Shown one piece after another: positions 1-13,847 of a DNA stretch of 64,000 nucleotides (position 1 is its first letter; each line of letters begins with the position of its first letter). Position numbers and translations under genes: made by a program. Source of the DNA: Octopus sinensis (lineage: Eukaryota); contig NC_043002.1 of assembly GCF_006345805.1 (NCBI RefSeq), forward strand, positions 88,846,001 to 88,910,000, in the 5' to 3' direction. A model generated the notes under the pieces. That model did not search any database. It was not told the origin of the DNA and was given only the letters and a program-made list of their open reading frames with translations.

Positions 1-231
1 CACACACACACGCATGTACACGCACACACAATACATAATAGGCTGCTTTCAGTTTTCATCAACCAAATCCACTCACAAGGCTTTGGTTGACTCAAGTCTA
101 TGGTAGAAGACATTTGCCCAAAGTACCACATAATGCGACTGAACCCAGAACCATGTGGTTGGAAAGCAAATGTCTTACCGCACAGCCACACCTGCACCTA
201 TATATATATATATATATATTTATATATACTC

Positions 232-578
232 TTTTACTCTTTTAATTGTTTCAGTCATTTGACTGCGGCCATGCTGGAGCACCGCCTTTAGTCGAGCAAA
301 TCGACCCCGGGACTTATTCTTTTTGGAGACCTAAACACACCAACATCAGTTGTCAAATGATGTTGGGTGGGGACAAACACAGACACACAAACATATACAC
401 ATACATATACATATATACGACAGGCTTCTTTCAGGTTCCGTCTACCAAATCCACTCACAAGGCATTGGTCGGCCCGGGGCTATAGCAGAAGACACTTGCC
501 CAAGATGCCACGCAGTGGGACTGAACCCGGAACCATGTGGTTTGGTTAGCAGCTACTTACCACACACCCACTCCTGCG
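232..578 (-). mobile_element. tRNA-derived SINE (family A: tRNA-like head, CORE-like ACCTTGGGCAAGT segment, internal TA/TG microsatellite, tail)
   Basis: Reverse complement of the same module seen on + at 24418 and 48050. A partial copy also lies at 1-205. Confidence 0.8.
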
Positions 579-678
579 NNNNNNNNNNNNNNNNNNNNNN
601 NNNNNNNNNNNNNNNNNNNNNNNNNNNNNNNNNNNNNNNNNNNNNNNNNNNNNNNNNNNNNNNNNNNNNNNNNNNNNN
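579..678. other. Assembly gap (100 N)
   Basis: Run of N in the sequence; anything spanning it, including ORF 350..1375, is not contiguous. Confidence 1.
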
Positions 679-2031
679 TGCAGATACGGTATTTACATCC
701 ATTATCGAACCTTTTATATTTAATATCAGGCACTTTGCTGCAAAAGCAAAGGTATTTACCTCTATCATAAGAGATCTTTTGTATGCAGATGATTGTGAGC
801 TAGTAGCACACACAGAGATTGATATGCAACACATTTTGAATGCATTCTCTGATGCTTGCACTGCCTTAGGATTGACAGTCAATTTCAAGAAAACTGTTGT
901 CATGCATCAACCTGCCCCTGGTAAGCAGTATAGTGTACCAAATATCTATGTGTATGGTAAACGACTTGATGTAGTTGATCAGTTTGTCTACATGGGAAGC
1001 ACTATTAATAGATATAGCAATTTGGATGATGAAATTCCATATAGAATTAGGAAAGCAAGTGTTGCTTTCAGAAGGCAAGAAAAGCGCCTCTGGAGTCGGC
1101 GAGACATATGCAGAAAGACAAAGATAAAGGTATACAAGGCATGTCTGCTCCCTTCTCTTCTCTATGTCTGCAAGATGTGGATCACATATCGATACCATCT
1201 TCAACAACTGGAACATTTCCATCAGATGTGTCTCAGACGGATCTATGGCATTAAGTGGAAGGACCACATCAGTGATCTTGAAATACTGGAAGGCTCTCGG
1301 TGTGAAAATATAGAAGCTCTTGTGTTAAAGCAAAGGCTCAGATGGAGTGGTCATCTGGTCAGGATGAAGGATTGAAGGATGCCAAAACAACTTTTTCATG
1401 GAGAGTTAGCTAAAGGAGAACGACCTCCACATAAACCAAAAAAGAGGTATAAGGACTCGCTGAAGGCTTCCTAAAGAGATGCTTGCATCTCTCCTGACAC
1501 ATGGGAAGGCATAGCTGTTGGTCGCAGCAGGTGGAGAAGGATTGTGCACAAGGGGACAGCCACTTTTGAGAAATCTTGAGTTGCACATGAGAAAGTAAGG
1601 AGGGATGTCAGGAAGGGCATCGCTATTACACTTCCAGATGGGAAGGGTCTTCCTATGATGCTGACATGCAGTGTCTGTGCAAGACCCTGCCTCAGTAAAG
1701 CTGGACTCAAGAGTCATCTTCATAGTCATATAGCGAGACAGATGAGTGACAACCTGGCTACTGGTGGTGGTGTTACACACCATACTAATCATATCTGTCG
1801 GGCATGTGGAAGAGAGTGTAATTTGGCAGGAGGACTTAAACGACATGCAAAGGTACATGAAGCCCAGTTACAATTACAGCCGGCTATTACTCGTAAAGGT
1901 TTTAGTTGCCAATTCTGTACAAGACATTGTAGATCTTTAGCTGGGCTAAAAAGTCACATTTGATCACAGCACCAGTAATAGTTAAGCTTCGTGCAATGGC
2001 CATACTCGATAACGAGGGGGCAGCCATCATG

Positions 2032-2060
<29 letters not shown>
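679..2060 (+). mobile_element. RTE/BovB-like LINE, 3' part (RT C-terminus, three C2H2 fingers, 3' UTR, (ATGT)n tail), inactivated
   Basis: RT motifs LLYADDC, LGLTVNFKKT and RLRWSGHLVRM. One frame runs from about 680 to 1975 with 4 in-frame stops, three of them TGA. It ends in an (ATGT)n tail at about 2030. Confidence 0.92.
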
Positions 2061-2095
<35 letters not shown>

Positions 2096-2219
2096 ACACA
2101 CACACATATACATACAAACACATATATATATATACATATACCATTATAGAACATATATGTGCATGTGTGTGTCTGTATCTGTATCTTTATCAATCTATCT
2201 ATCTATACATACATATATA

Positions 2220-2251
<32 letters not shown>

Positions 2252-2360
2252 CATACACACATATATGTATACATATATATATATACATATATACATGTAT
2301 ATGTATATGTGTACATATGTATGTATGTGTATATATTATATGTGGTGTGTGTGTGTGTTG

Positions 2361-2420
<60 letters not shown>

Positions 2421-3026
2421 CTAATGTAGGATAAAATTTTTTCGGGAAAAAAATTTCATCAATGCCAGCATATCAAAAAATACCTTTAAGGTTAAATTTA
2501 TAAAGAATTTACAATATAAGGGCAAAAGAAAAATTCTAATGCCAAATATGCCGAAAAAAATACAAAAATTGTCAATTAACCATTATAATTTATGCGTCTC
2601 AAAACAAACCGATAGAAATTTCTAAAAAATTCGTTATTACCGTATTGGACCAATTTTGGAGTTAATTCATAAGAATTTTCTCCTCTTCAGTGACAAATAC
2701 GCGAGATATAAGTGAAATACTTACTCATACCCATGGAAAAAGCAAACACCAAGTCCTGAGCAGACCTAAGTACCCCAAATATATCCAAAATAGAAAATCT
2801 TCAGCACGTGTGATTCGAACTAGAAACTTTCACAGAGTGATAGAATCCGGAAGTGAACACTAATCAATTTATAACTAATGTAGGATAAAATTTTTTTCGG
2901 GAAAAAAATTTCATCAATGGCCAGCATATCAAAAAATACCTTTAAAGGTTAAATTTATAAATAATTTACAATATAAGGGCAAAAGAAAAATTCTAATGCC
3001 AAATTATTTATGTATATATTTATGTA

Positions 3027-6000
3027 TCATCATCATCATCATCATCATTTAGCGTCCGTTTTCCATGCTAGCATGGGTTGGACGGTTCTACTGGGGTCTG
3101 TGAAGCCAGAAGGCTTCATCAGGCCCAGTCAAATCTGGCAGTGTTTCTACGGCTGGATGCCCTTCCTAACGCCAACCACTCCGTGAGTGTAGTGGGTGCT
3201 TTTTACATGCCACCCGCACTGGTAAACGGCCACGAACGGATGGTGCTTTTTATGTGCCACCGGCACGAGGGCCAGGCGAGGCTGGCAACGGACACGAAAC
3301 GGGGCGGTGCTGGCAACGGTCGCGAAACGGAAAGTTCTCTTACATGCCACCGGCACTGGTAACACATCTGCAATTTCCATTGATCGATTTCCATTGATCG
3401 ATTTCGATTCTGATCTCACTTGCCTCAATGGGTCTTCACAAGCAGAGTTCGACATGCCACGGCACTGGTAGCACATCCGCAATTTCCATTGATCGATTTC
3501 GATTCTGATCCTCACTTGCCTCAACACGTCTTCACAAGTAGAGTTTTGTGTCCCAAGAAGGGAAGGTATGCATACGTAGGCTGGCTCCATCCCATGTAGA
3601 AGGCCACGGGTTGTGGACTCACTTGTCCTGCCGGGTCTTCTCGCGCACAGCACACTTCCAGAGGTCTCGGTCTCTAGTCATTTCCTCAGTGAGACCTAAA
3701 GTTCGAAGGTCGTGCTTCACCACCTCGTCCAGGTTTTCCTGGGTCTGCCTCTTCCACAGGTTCCCTCAACCGCTAGGGTGTGGCACTTTTTCACACAACT
3801 ATCTTCATCCATTCTCGCCACATGACCATACCAGCGCAAACGTCTCTTCTGCACACCACAACTGATGCTTCTTAGGTCCAGCTTTTCTCTCAAGGTACTT
3901 ACACTCTGCCGAGTGTGAGTACCGGCATTACACATCCATCGGAGCATACTGGCTTCATTTCTAGCGAGCTTACGCATATCCTCAGCAGTCACGGCCCATG
4001 TTTCACTGCCATGTAGCATGGCTGTTCGTACACACGCATCATACAGTCTGCCTTTCACTCTGTGCGAGAGGCCTTTTGTCACCAGCAGAGGTAAGAGCTC
4101 TCTGAACTTTGCCCAAGCTATTCTTACTCTAGCAGTTACACTTTCAGCACACCCGCCCCCGCTGCTGACTTGGTCACCTAGGTAACGGAAACTATCAACT
4201 ATTTCTAGTTTTTCTCCCTGGAAAGTGACGGAAGTTGGTCTCAGAGCATTTTCAGTGTTTATTGTTCCTGAGCATCTGCCACATACAAAAAACCATCTTC
4301 CTAGTTAGCCTTCCTTTGACATTGCTGCATCTCTTATGTGTCCATAGCTTACACTTGGTGCATCTTATAGAGTTTCTACCTACACCTTTTCTACAGATCG
4401 AGCAGGGCCATCTACCTGAAGGTGTTTGTGATTTGTCTACCTTCCTACTGATTACGACTTTGGTTTTAGCTAGATTGACTCTGAGGCCTTCGATTCTAAT
4501 CCTTGTTTCCACACCTGAAACTTCTCCTCCAGTTCTGATAGCGACTCAGCAATTAGAGCAAGGTCATCAGCATAGAGGAGCTCCCAAGGGCATCCTGTCT
4601 TGAATTCCTCCGTTATTGCCTGGAGGACTATGATAAATAGGAGGGGGCTGAGTACTGAGCCTTGGTGGACCCCTACCTCTACCCGGAATTCTTCACTGTA
4701 CTCATTTCCAACCTCACCCTACTAGCGGCGTCCCTATACATGGCCCGCACAGCTCTCACTAACCATTCATCTATCCCTAGTTTTCTCATTGCCCACCAGA
4801 TAAGGGATCGGGGGACCCTGTCGAAGGCTTTCTCCATGTCAACAAAAGCCAGGTACAGGGGCTTATCTTTGGCTAGGTATTTCTCCTGCAGCTGCCTTAC
4901 CAGGAATATAGCATCAGTAGTACTTTTCCCTGGCACAACCCAAACTGCATCTCATCTAAACTAACTCTCTCTCTAATTAGTTGGGCTATGACCCTCTCCG
5001 TAACCTTCATCACCTGGTCCAACAGCTTGATACCTCTGTAGTTATTTGTATCTAGGGCATCACCTTTACCTTTGTAGCAGTTGACTATTATACTGCTACA
5101 CCAGTCATTGGGTATGACCCCTTTGTGTATCACCTGATTAACTATATGGGTGACTAGGCTATAGCCGACACTACCAGACATTTTGAGCATCTCTGCAGTG
5201 ATTCCTGATGGGCCTGGGGCTTTCCCTGTCTTCATGCTTCTAATTGCCTTAGCTACCACAGAACTATCAACTCGGATAGCTGGTCCCTCTGTTGGGTCAA
5301 CATTCGGCAGACTCTCTTTATCCCATTCATTTTCTTCATTCAGCAACCTTTCATAGTGGCATCTCCAAACCTCTCTCTTTGCATCCTCATTTAGCGCAAG
5401 TGAACCATCTTCCATGCGAACACACTTCTCTCCTACCACATCACGATTCTCTCTCACACACTGTCTTGCAACACGAAACACCTCCAGTCTTTGGTCCTCA
5501 CGGCGCAGAACATTGGCAAATTTTTTCTTATCTGCTTCCCCTCTGGCTAAATAAACCTGTCTCCTAGCTTCTCTTTGGCAGTCTGATACAATTCCCTGCT
5601 ACCCCCATTTTTCCAGACCTTCCAAGCCTGTCTCTTTTCTCTAATAGCCCTGTCTACAATATGTTCCACCACCACGTTATTCTAGGTCGAGAGGGGACTT
5701 TGCACCAGCCACAGATCTGGTCAGTGGCTCTCAGCAGGTTGTCCTTAGAAACGTCCAGCTGTCTTCTACCCCCGTGATGCTCTATCCCCTTCTACTTCGT
5801 CAGAGGCTTCAAGTAATATGTCCCTAAATCTCTGTCCATTGCAGGATCTTTAAGCTTCCAGATCCTTCTTCTCCATATTTGTCGTCTTCTGGTTGTCCTC
5901 CTAGTCCTGATCCTAAAGTCACTAACTACCAGTCTATGTTGTGGGGTACATTCTTCACCTGGGAAGGTTTTGGCATTTATAAGCAGCCATCTCTCCCTTT

Positions 6001-6421
6001 GCCTTGTAAGGATGTAGTCAATTTGGCTGGTATGTTGGCCCGATTGGTAAGTGACTAGGTGGCTGGTAGGTTTCCTGAAGTTAGTGTTGCAAATCATAAG
6101 ATTTGCATCGCAGAACTCAGCAGCCTGGTTCCCTCCTCGTTGCGGGAGCCATAGCCATAGCCTCCATGTACGCCATGGAAGCCCCCAGCATGTCGTCCAA
6201 CGTGACCATTGAAGTCACCAGCCACAAAGATATGGTCTCTGTCGTTCGTCAATGAGGTAGTCTGCAGTAGAGTGTCATAGAATCGGTCTTTCTGTCCATC
6301 GGGTAGCCCCGACTGAGGAGCATAGGCTGATATAATGGTTGCTAAACTATGATGAAGCACTAATCTAATCTTAAGTATTCTGTCACTTACTCTGATTACC
6401 TCAATTACTTTATCTACCCAT
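3027..6421 (-). mobile_element. RTE-clade LINE, 5'-truncated and frameshifted (APE endonuclease + RT, long 3' UTR, (GAT)n tail)
   Basis: ORF fragments IISAYAPQ/AGDFNGHVG, SQIDYIL, NYRGIKLL, FVDMEKAFDRV and MLHGSETW...RLRWYGHV...GRPRKTW. (CAT)n on + at 3027. Confidence 0.95.
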
Positions 6422-6512
6422 GTATATATGTATATATATATATATGTATATATGTATATATGTATATATATATGTATATATATATCTACCCATCTATATA
6501 TGTATATATATA

Positions 6513-7620
6513 TACTAAGCAATAAAGGGTTTAGCAACGAATTGCCTTCCACATACCGAATTTAGAAATAGCAGTCAAAGAGTTATAGCTATTTCTTCTT
6601 ACTAAAAGGGAGATCTCAGTAAAAACAGCAATTGGAAGGCAGACACAACAGGTAAGAGAGAATGAATTGACGGTAATCTATCATACAATTTAAGTTATCT
6701 ACGGACGTACGTTTCGAAATCAAGTTTTTAGGAAAGCATAAGAATTAAATATTAAATATTAAATAATTCTATCTCACCAAAACTTCTTTTCCCTTCAGCG
6801 TAGAATACTATAATCATAAATGATTATATATTGAATTTTGAGATACTAGAAGGCACCAACTCAACTCAGTATCAGAGCGAGCTAGAATCCGCAACTAGTA
6901 TCACCAAATTCAGTGTTTGAATGAAAAGACTGTGTCACCAGCCCCTTCCCACCCGCGTGTAGCCAAAACAAGATGCTGTGGTCATCTACTGAGATAAAAT
7001 ATGGTTATCCGTAATAATGAAGGGTGAAATTAATTAATTTGGAATAATTATCAATTACACCAAGTAGTTTTGTTTTGGCTACACGCGGGTGGGAAGGGGC
7101 TGGTGACACAGTCTTTTCATTCAAACACTGAATTTGGTGATACTAGTTGCGGATTCTAGCTCGCTCTGATACTGAGTTGAGTTGGTGCCTTCTAGTATCT
7201 CAAAATTCAATATATAATCATTTATGATTATAGTATTCTACGCTGAAGGGAAAAGAAGTTTTGGTGAGATAGAATTATTTAATATTTAATATTTAATTCT
7301 TATGCTTTCCTAAAACTGATTTCGAAACGTACGTCCGTAGATAACTTAAAATTGTATGATAGATTGCCGTCAATTCATTCTCTCTTACCTGTTTGTGTCT
7401 GCCTTCCAATTGCTGTTTTTACTGAGATCTCCCTTTTAGTAGAAGAAATAGCTATACTCTTTGACTGCTATTTCTAAATTCGGTATGTGGTAAGGCAATC
7501 GTTGCTAAACCCTTATTGCTTAGTATTACTTAAATTTTCCTCGAATGAGGCTTTTACATGCCGAAGACTACTTGGTGTATTGATAATTATTCCAATAATT
7601 AATTTCACCTTCATTATTAT
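6513..7620. repeat. Fold-back structure: about 455-bp inverted arms (6513-6970, 7071-7525) plus a second about 55-bp inverted pair (7012-7068, 7567-7619)
   Basis: The arms are near-perfect reverse complements differing mostly by 1-nt indels; (TA)n-rich sequence lies on both sides. Confidence 0.9.
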
Positions 7621-7652
7621 GTATATATATATAATATATATATATATATATT

Positions 7653-7683
<31 letters not shown>

Positions 7684-10010
7684 ATATATACACACACATG
7701 CACACACATGTATGTTAGTATTGTATGTGTGTGGTGTATATATATATGTGTATAGACTTACAATAAACATAAACAGAATTTTTTTCTTGATCGTACAATA
7801 CCTCACATGCAATGGAATGCAGATTATATCAGTATGTTAACATGGAATAGCAGTAAGGAAAATACAAGAATCTTCTTCATTTTTACTTTTTTTTTCTCTT
7901 ATTTTCCTTCTTAGATTTCCTTTTATTAAAGCTAACTCTACTCTTAATTTTGTTGTTGTTGTTTTTGCAGAAATTTATTTCTGTAAATATCTAGATGTAG
8001 CCTTTTCAAAGGTATAGTTTCGACCTAATCAGTAGAGCAAACCACAAACTGCCTTCTGCTATCTAATTATGATTCTTTACAATCTGAGTTAGTATATGTC
8101 TTTTTAACCTTCTGAATTCAATAAAATAAGTACCAGTCAAGTGCTGCAGTTCTATATAATTAACACTTTTTTACTGTGGAAATCTGATATATCCTTTCAA
8201 AATTTCATTACTCTTTACTGCAGAAAGCAATCTTATATCCCAATATATCTTTTGGTGAGGAATGCCCTGCTTAAAACTATTTTTTGTTTGAGATATGTCA
8301 AGTTGAGATATGGCAACATGTCTTACAGAAAATACCAATTCTATTTCTTATTGGCTGATATTTAACATCATTTCTGGAATAACCATGGAATCTAATTTTG
8401 CAGCTAAAATGTTAACTCTTGTATTCCCACAAATTTGTGTACTTGTGCTTATTTAGGAAATCAACAATTAAAAATTGCACTGAAAAATCCTTCTTGGAAA
8501 TCTAACATAAATTTAGTTTTCTAGTGCAGACTTTACAAAATTACTACAGAACTTTCCATAAATTACTTTTTGATAGTTTCGTCAATGCAACAGAAATTGA
8601 CTGAGGTATCGAGCGTGTCTGTAAACTGTAGTGATTGTTATTGAAATGGAAAAGCAACTGTTAGTATGTGAAATGCTTTGATAACAATGCATTAAAAAAA
8701 TGAAGTTATTAATGGAAGAAAATTATAGAAAATACAGCTAAAAGATGGAAGGGAGGAAAAGAGAAGAGATAAAAAGCAAAAAAAAAAAGTAAAGGGAAGT
8801 TTGGGAGGGGAAAAAGAAACAAAAATAGAATTAGGAGAGAAAAAGAAGAGTTAGGAATTGCATGAGTGATTATAATTGGTAAGGATATGTTCTTGTAGAT
8901 CTCAATATGGTTAGATAGATAAGAGATTATGAAATGCTTTCTGCAGAGTTGTTAAGTGCAAAAATTGTATAGGCATATATGGTAATCTGAGGAATGATTA
9001 AGAAAGATGCATGCACATGTATAGTTACTTTTTTTTAACACAATCCTTTTTGCAGAATGTACTGGAAGCATTTTATTATGGCACCTAGGCACTCATCACC
9101 ATTTCCTTTATCTTTTCTAACTCCACCCAGTCACTCGCATACTCTTTTCTAAAAATATGAGTAGTCATGTGGTTCCTCTACAGCAATGTTCCCAAACTTT
9201 TTCTGGCTGCCTTTCTGAAGCAAATTCAAAGCAACTGTGTTTCACGAATATAACTTAACCTAAAGAAACCCATTATTTTGTTGGTTTTTCATGAATCGCT
9301 ACCCCATTATTGCCCCACTTTTTACATGAATTGCTACCCTATTATCACCCTACATTTCTTGGAACTATCCACTGCCCCCAGGAGGGCAATATCACCCACT
9401 TTAGGAACCACTGTTCTACAGCAAGAATATGTTCTACTCTGGCATCTTCTCTCATACTTACCTCTCTCGTTGTCAAGCATAAAGCCACCTACTCAGAGGT
9501 GATAGCTGCATGGCAACCTCACTAGTGCTAATATCATGGAAAAAATCACCTAGTATGTGCTGTAAAGTGGTTAACATTAACCATAGAAGGGCATTCAGCC
9601 AAAGAAACAATGCTAAAACAAAGACTGGAGTTTCGTGCAGTCCTTGGACCCACTGGATCTTGTCACACCATGCAGCCCCCTGCCAGCATGGAACATGAGC
9701 ATTAGATGATGATGATGATGATCACACACACACAAACACTTAGATAGACAGATATATGTCTGTATGTCCTCCTCAGTTACACATAAAAGCACCCAAGCAG
9801 CATCTTGTAAAAGTGTTCATGTGGTATGGTACCACATAAAAGCATCCAGCACACTCTGTAAAGTGGTTGGTATTAGGAAGGGCATCCAGCCATAGAAACC
9901 AAGCCAAATCAGAGCGGAGCCTGGTGCAGCTCCCCAGCGTGCCAGCTCTGATCACACCATCCAACCCATGCTATCATGGACACTGGAAGTTAAATGATGA
10001 TGATGATGAG

Positions 10011-10041
<31 letters not shown>

Positions 10042-10043
10042 AG

Positions 10044-10455
10044 GGCGGCTAGCTGGCAGAATTGTTAGCAAGTCATGTGAAATGCTTAGCGGTATTTCAT
10101 CTCCCGCTAGGTTCTGAGTTCAAATTCCGCCGAGGTCGACTTTGCCTTTCATCCTTTCGGGGTCAATTAAATAAGTACCAGTTACGCACTGGGGTCGATA
10201 TAATCGACTTAATCCATTTGTTTGTCCTTGTTTGTCCCTTCTGTGTTTAGCTCCTTGTGGGTAGTAAAGAAATAGATATTTCATCTGCCGTTACATTCTG
10301 AATCCAAATTCTGCCAAGGTTGACTTTACCTTTCATCCTTTCAGAGTCGATTAAATAAGTACCAGTTATGCACTGAGGATGATATAATCGACTTAATCTC
10401 TTTTTCTGTCCTTGTTTATCCCCTCTTTGTTTAGCCCTCTGTGGGCAATAAAGAA
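10044..10455 (+). mobile_element. Two tandem copies of tRNA-derived SINE family B (second copy 5'-truncated)
   Basis: GGCGGC.AGCTGGCAGAA head, GTTCAAATTCC B-box-like motif, repeated GTCGACTTTGCCTTTCATCCTTTC...AAGTACCAG core, and TGTTTAGC...AATAAAGAAATA tail. Confidence 0.8.
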
Positions 10456-10459
10456 ATAT

Positions 10460-10531
<72 letters not shown>

Positions 10532-10559
10532 GATGATATATATATGTCTTTTATCTTTT

Positions 10560-10847
10560 ATCATTTACTTGGTTCAGTCATTAGATGGTGGCCATACTGG
10601 GGCACCACCTTGACAATTTTAGTCAAACTTATTGACCCAGTACTCTTTTACTTGTTTCAGTCATATGACTATGGCCATGCTGGAGCACCACTTTTAGTCG
10701 AGCAAATTGACCCCAGGATTTATTCTTTGTACGCCTAGTACTTATTCTATCGGTTTCTTTTGCCAAACTGCTAAATTATGGGGACATAAACACATCACCA
10801 TCGGTTGTCAAGCGATGTTGTGGGGACAAACACAGACACAAACATAT

Positions 10848-10902
<55 letters not shown>

Positions 10903-11062
10903 TACGATGGGCTTCTTTCAGTTTCTGTCTACCAAATCCACTCACAAGTCTTTGGTCAGCCCGAGGCTATAGTAGAAGACACTTGCCCAAGGTGCCATGC
11001 AGTGGGAATGAACCCGGAACCATGTGGTTGGCAAGCAAGCTACTTACCACACAGCCACTCTT
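10560..11062 (-). mobile_element. SINE family A copy
   Basis: Same module as 232-578, with an internal (TA)n tract. Confidence 0.8.
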
Positions 11063-11169
11063 TTAACTTTTTTGTGTTTATTCTATAGTTTCCTTTTGCT
11101 GAACTGCTAAGTTACAGGGATGTTGATACACCAACACTGGTTGTCATGCAGTGGTGAGGGACAAACACA

Positions 11170-11293
<124 letters not shown>

Positions 11294-13751
11294 AAACAGG
11301 TTTCTTTCAGTTGGGATGTTAACTTCTCAACTACATGGCATATGTATATATATAATTCTTTACCAAAGTGCAAACAGCTCATTCTAATATGACTATGTGG
11401 TTTAGTGAGTCATGCACTGAAATTGTTGAATCAGCAAAAGGGAGTAGTCAAGGGGCCAGATGAGAAACGGAGGGAAAAGTCACATCAGATAAGGAAAAGA
11501 GAGATTTGAAAGACCCCTATTTGGACTGCAGGACTCAACTAGAACAAACATGCTGTTGGAGTCTCAACATACTCAAGCTTCAGTCAGTGATTGGGGTAGT
11601 GAGGATTTCACTGAGTTGCATAGCACTTCAAAGCAATCTCAAAATAGCAATTGAGGAGTTCCTCATAAAGCCATTCCTTGAGCTTAAATTAAGAGGATTT
11701 TTGTCCAGACTACAGTTGTGGCAGATTGATATAATGATACTCTATTCTTATCCATGATGTTTTTTTATCATTTTTTACAGTTTAATTTTTATCAATTTTA
11801 AATATACCACAAGGGTTCTTTTCGACATAGATTTTTTGTATTTTTTTATTCTTGACTAAGCTTGACCTTTTAGCATTCAGATTGCTCTGTCAATGTAACA
11901 CTTATTAATTCACATTGTTTTGAATTAATAATGCATTATTTTGGAGCTTCGAGATTTCAGTGATACAAGGGGGTGCTAAAAAGTTCCTGGCTTTGGGTAA
12001 AAGAAAATATAGAAAGCACCATCCGATCGTGGCCGTTTGCCAGCCTCGTCTGGCACGTAAAAAGCACCCACTACACTCACGGAGTGGTTGGCGTTAGGAA
12101 GGGCATCCAGCCGTAGAAACATTGCCAGATCAGACTGGGCCTGGTGCAGCCTTCTGGTTTCCCAGACACCAGTTGAACCATCAAACCCATGCTAGCATGG
12201 AAAGCGGATGCTAAATGATGATGATGATGATGATGATGAGGATGATGATGATATTCCCCTCTTAGATTCACACTTATTGCAGCAGTATTTCAGTTTTTCT
12301 AAGCCCTGTAAAAGAACTCAGAAGGTTGGGCCACCAGCCAAGGCCTTTCACAATACCCTTAAAGTCAGGGACTTTTCAGCACCCCCTTGTATGATTGTTT
12401 TTTATAATGACATTATAGGGTAGGTGACAGAAGCCTGATCTGGCTGGTTTTAGCATAAAACTGGTAGAATATTTGGGCTGGTTACGGCTGGTTAAATGTT
12501 AAAGAGTTTAAATTATTAAAATTATTCTGAATATGACAGTTCTTTTGGTTGTAATTACTTTAGTTCTCCAACTGTACCTGGATATAAATATATCATTAAC
12601 ATGCAAAAAGTGAGGATTTTTGCCAACGATGCTGTTTGGTTTGTTTGTTGCTGTTTTTATTTTTTGTTCTTTTTGCTTTGTTTTGCTTATGTTTGTTTAG
12701 TGAAGATTATGTGATGGTATGTAGTTTGTTATGTCGAAATATTGCAAACTTACCTGCATTCTATGACACAGCTAAAATGTTACATAATATGGAATGTTGC
12801 TTTCATAAGGCAGTGATTACATAGTTCTGAATTTTGAGGTGACCATTGAGGTCATCATGCCATATACATGTGTATGACTTGCATGTAAATATACATATTC
12901 ATCATCATCACCACCATCACCACCATCACCATCATCATCATCATCATCGTCGTCGTCGTCATCATCATTATTATCATCATCGACATTATCATCATCACAG
13001 TTTTAACAACCACATTTCAGTACTTATATAGACAGACAGACAGACAGATAGTTCTGTTTTGAAAAGTAAAAAGCTTTGTGGTCTCCGGCATCTCGTTCCT
13101 TCATAAACATTTTAAAGATGAATGTACTCTTTTTACAATTTTGAAGCATATAAAGTGAAGAACAGGCATACTCTTATACATTCTTCCCTGAAAACTTTAT
13201 TATTATTAATATTATCATTTGGCCGTTGTCCGTGCAACATCGATATTCCTCCCTGTGTTTGTGAAATCTTGTATCCCTGCTGTAAGGCTTCATTTCCACA
13301 CACGCCAGCTTAATTTAATTTGTCCTTAGTCGAAAGACACCTGTTGTTATCTCCTGTTATTATTTTTATTATATTTGTGTAACATTGTCCCTTTTTTTTT
13401 CCGTCCTTGTTTTTGTATACATTCGCTGCTTTCTTCCAAGGAACCTAATGCTCTTAGCTTAGTTTTTCCTTGGGGCTGGCCAGATTGGAGCAATCTCAAG
13501 TATAATCAGCCGAAATTGTGAAGATAATCTGGTACTTGACTAAGGAAAGAAAACTTCGAATGACCCGTCCTTGTTTCCTTTGTATCGCCTATCTGGATGT
13601 TTTGTTGTCCCATTTTTGTATCACCTAACTATCCAGATGTTTTGTGTTCTTGTCCCATTTTGTATTTTACATATATATATACATATACATATATATATAC
13701 ATATATATATACTATATATATAAATTATATATATATATATACATACATATA

Positions 13752-13847
<96 letters not shown>

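Noticed and set aside
1954-2434. Many 60-190 aa ORFs rich in YI/HT/VC/MYVC/DRQT (also at 13.6k, 14.5k, 19.5k, 22.3k, 25.2k and 39.9k)
   Set aside because: They are translations of microsatellites, which lack stop codons in several frames.
7971-8011. Exon-like 41-nt segment (TTTTTGCAG ... AAG|GTATAG; IYFCKYLDVAFSK)
   Set aside because: No recognisable homology and no consistent partner exons; such sites are common by chance in T-rich DNA.
11400-11760. Purine-rich stretches with ORF 11506..11757 (similar at 18360-18740 and 29200-29590)
   Set aside because: They look like very decayed minus-strand LINE remnants, too degraded to classify or delimit; not host genes.
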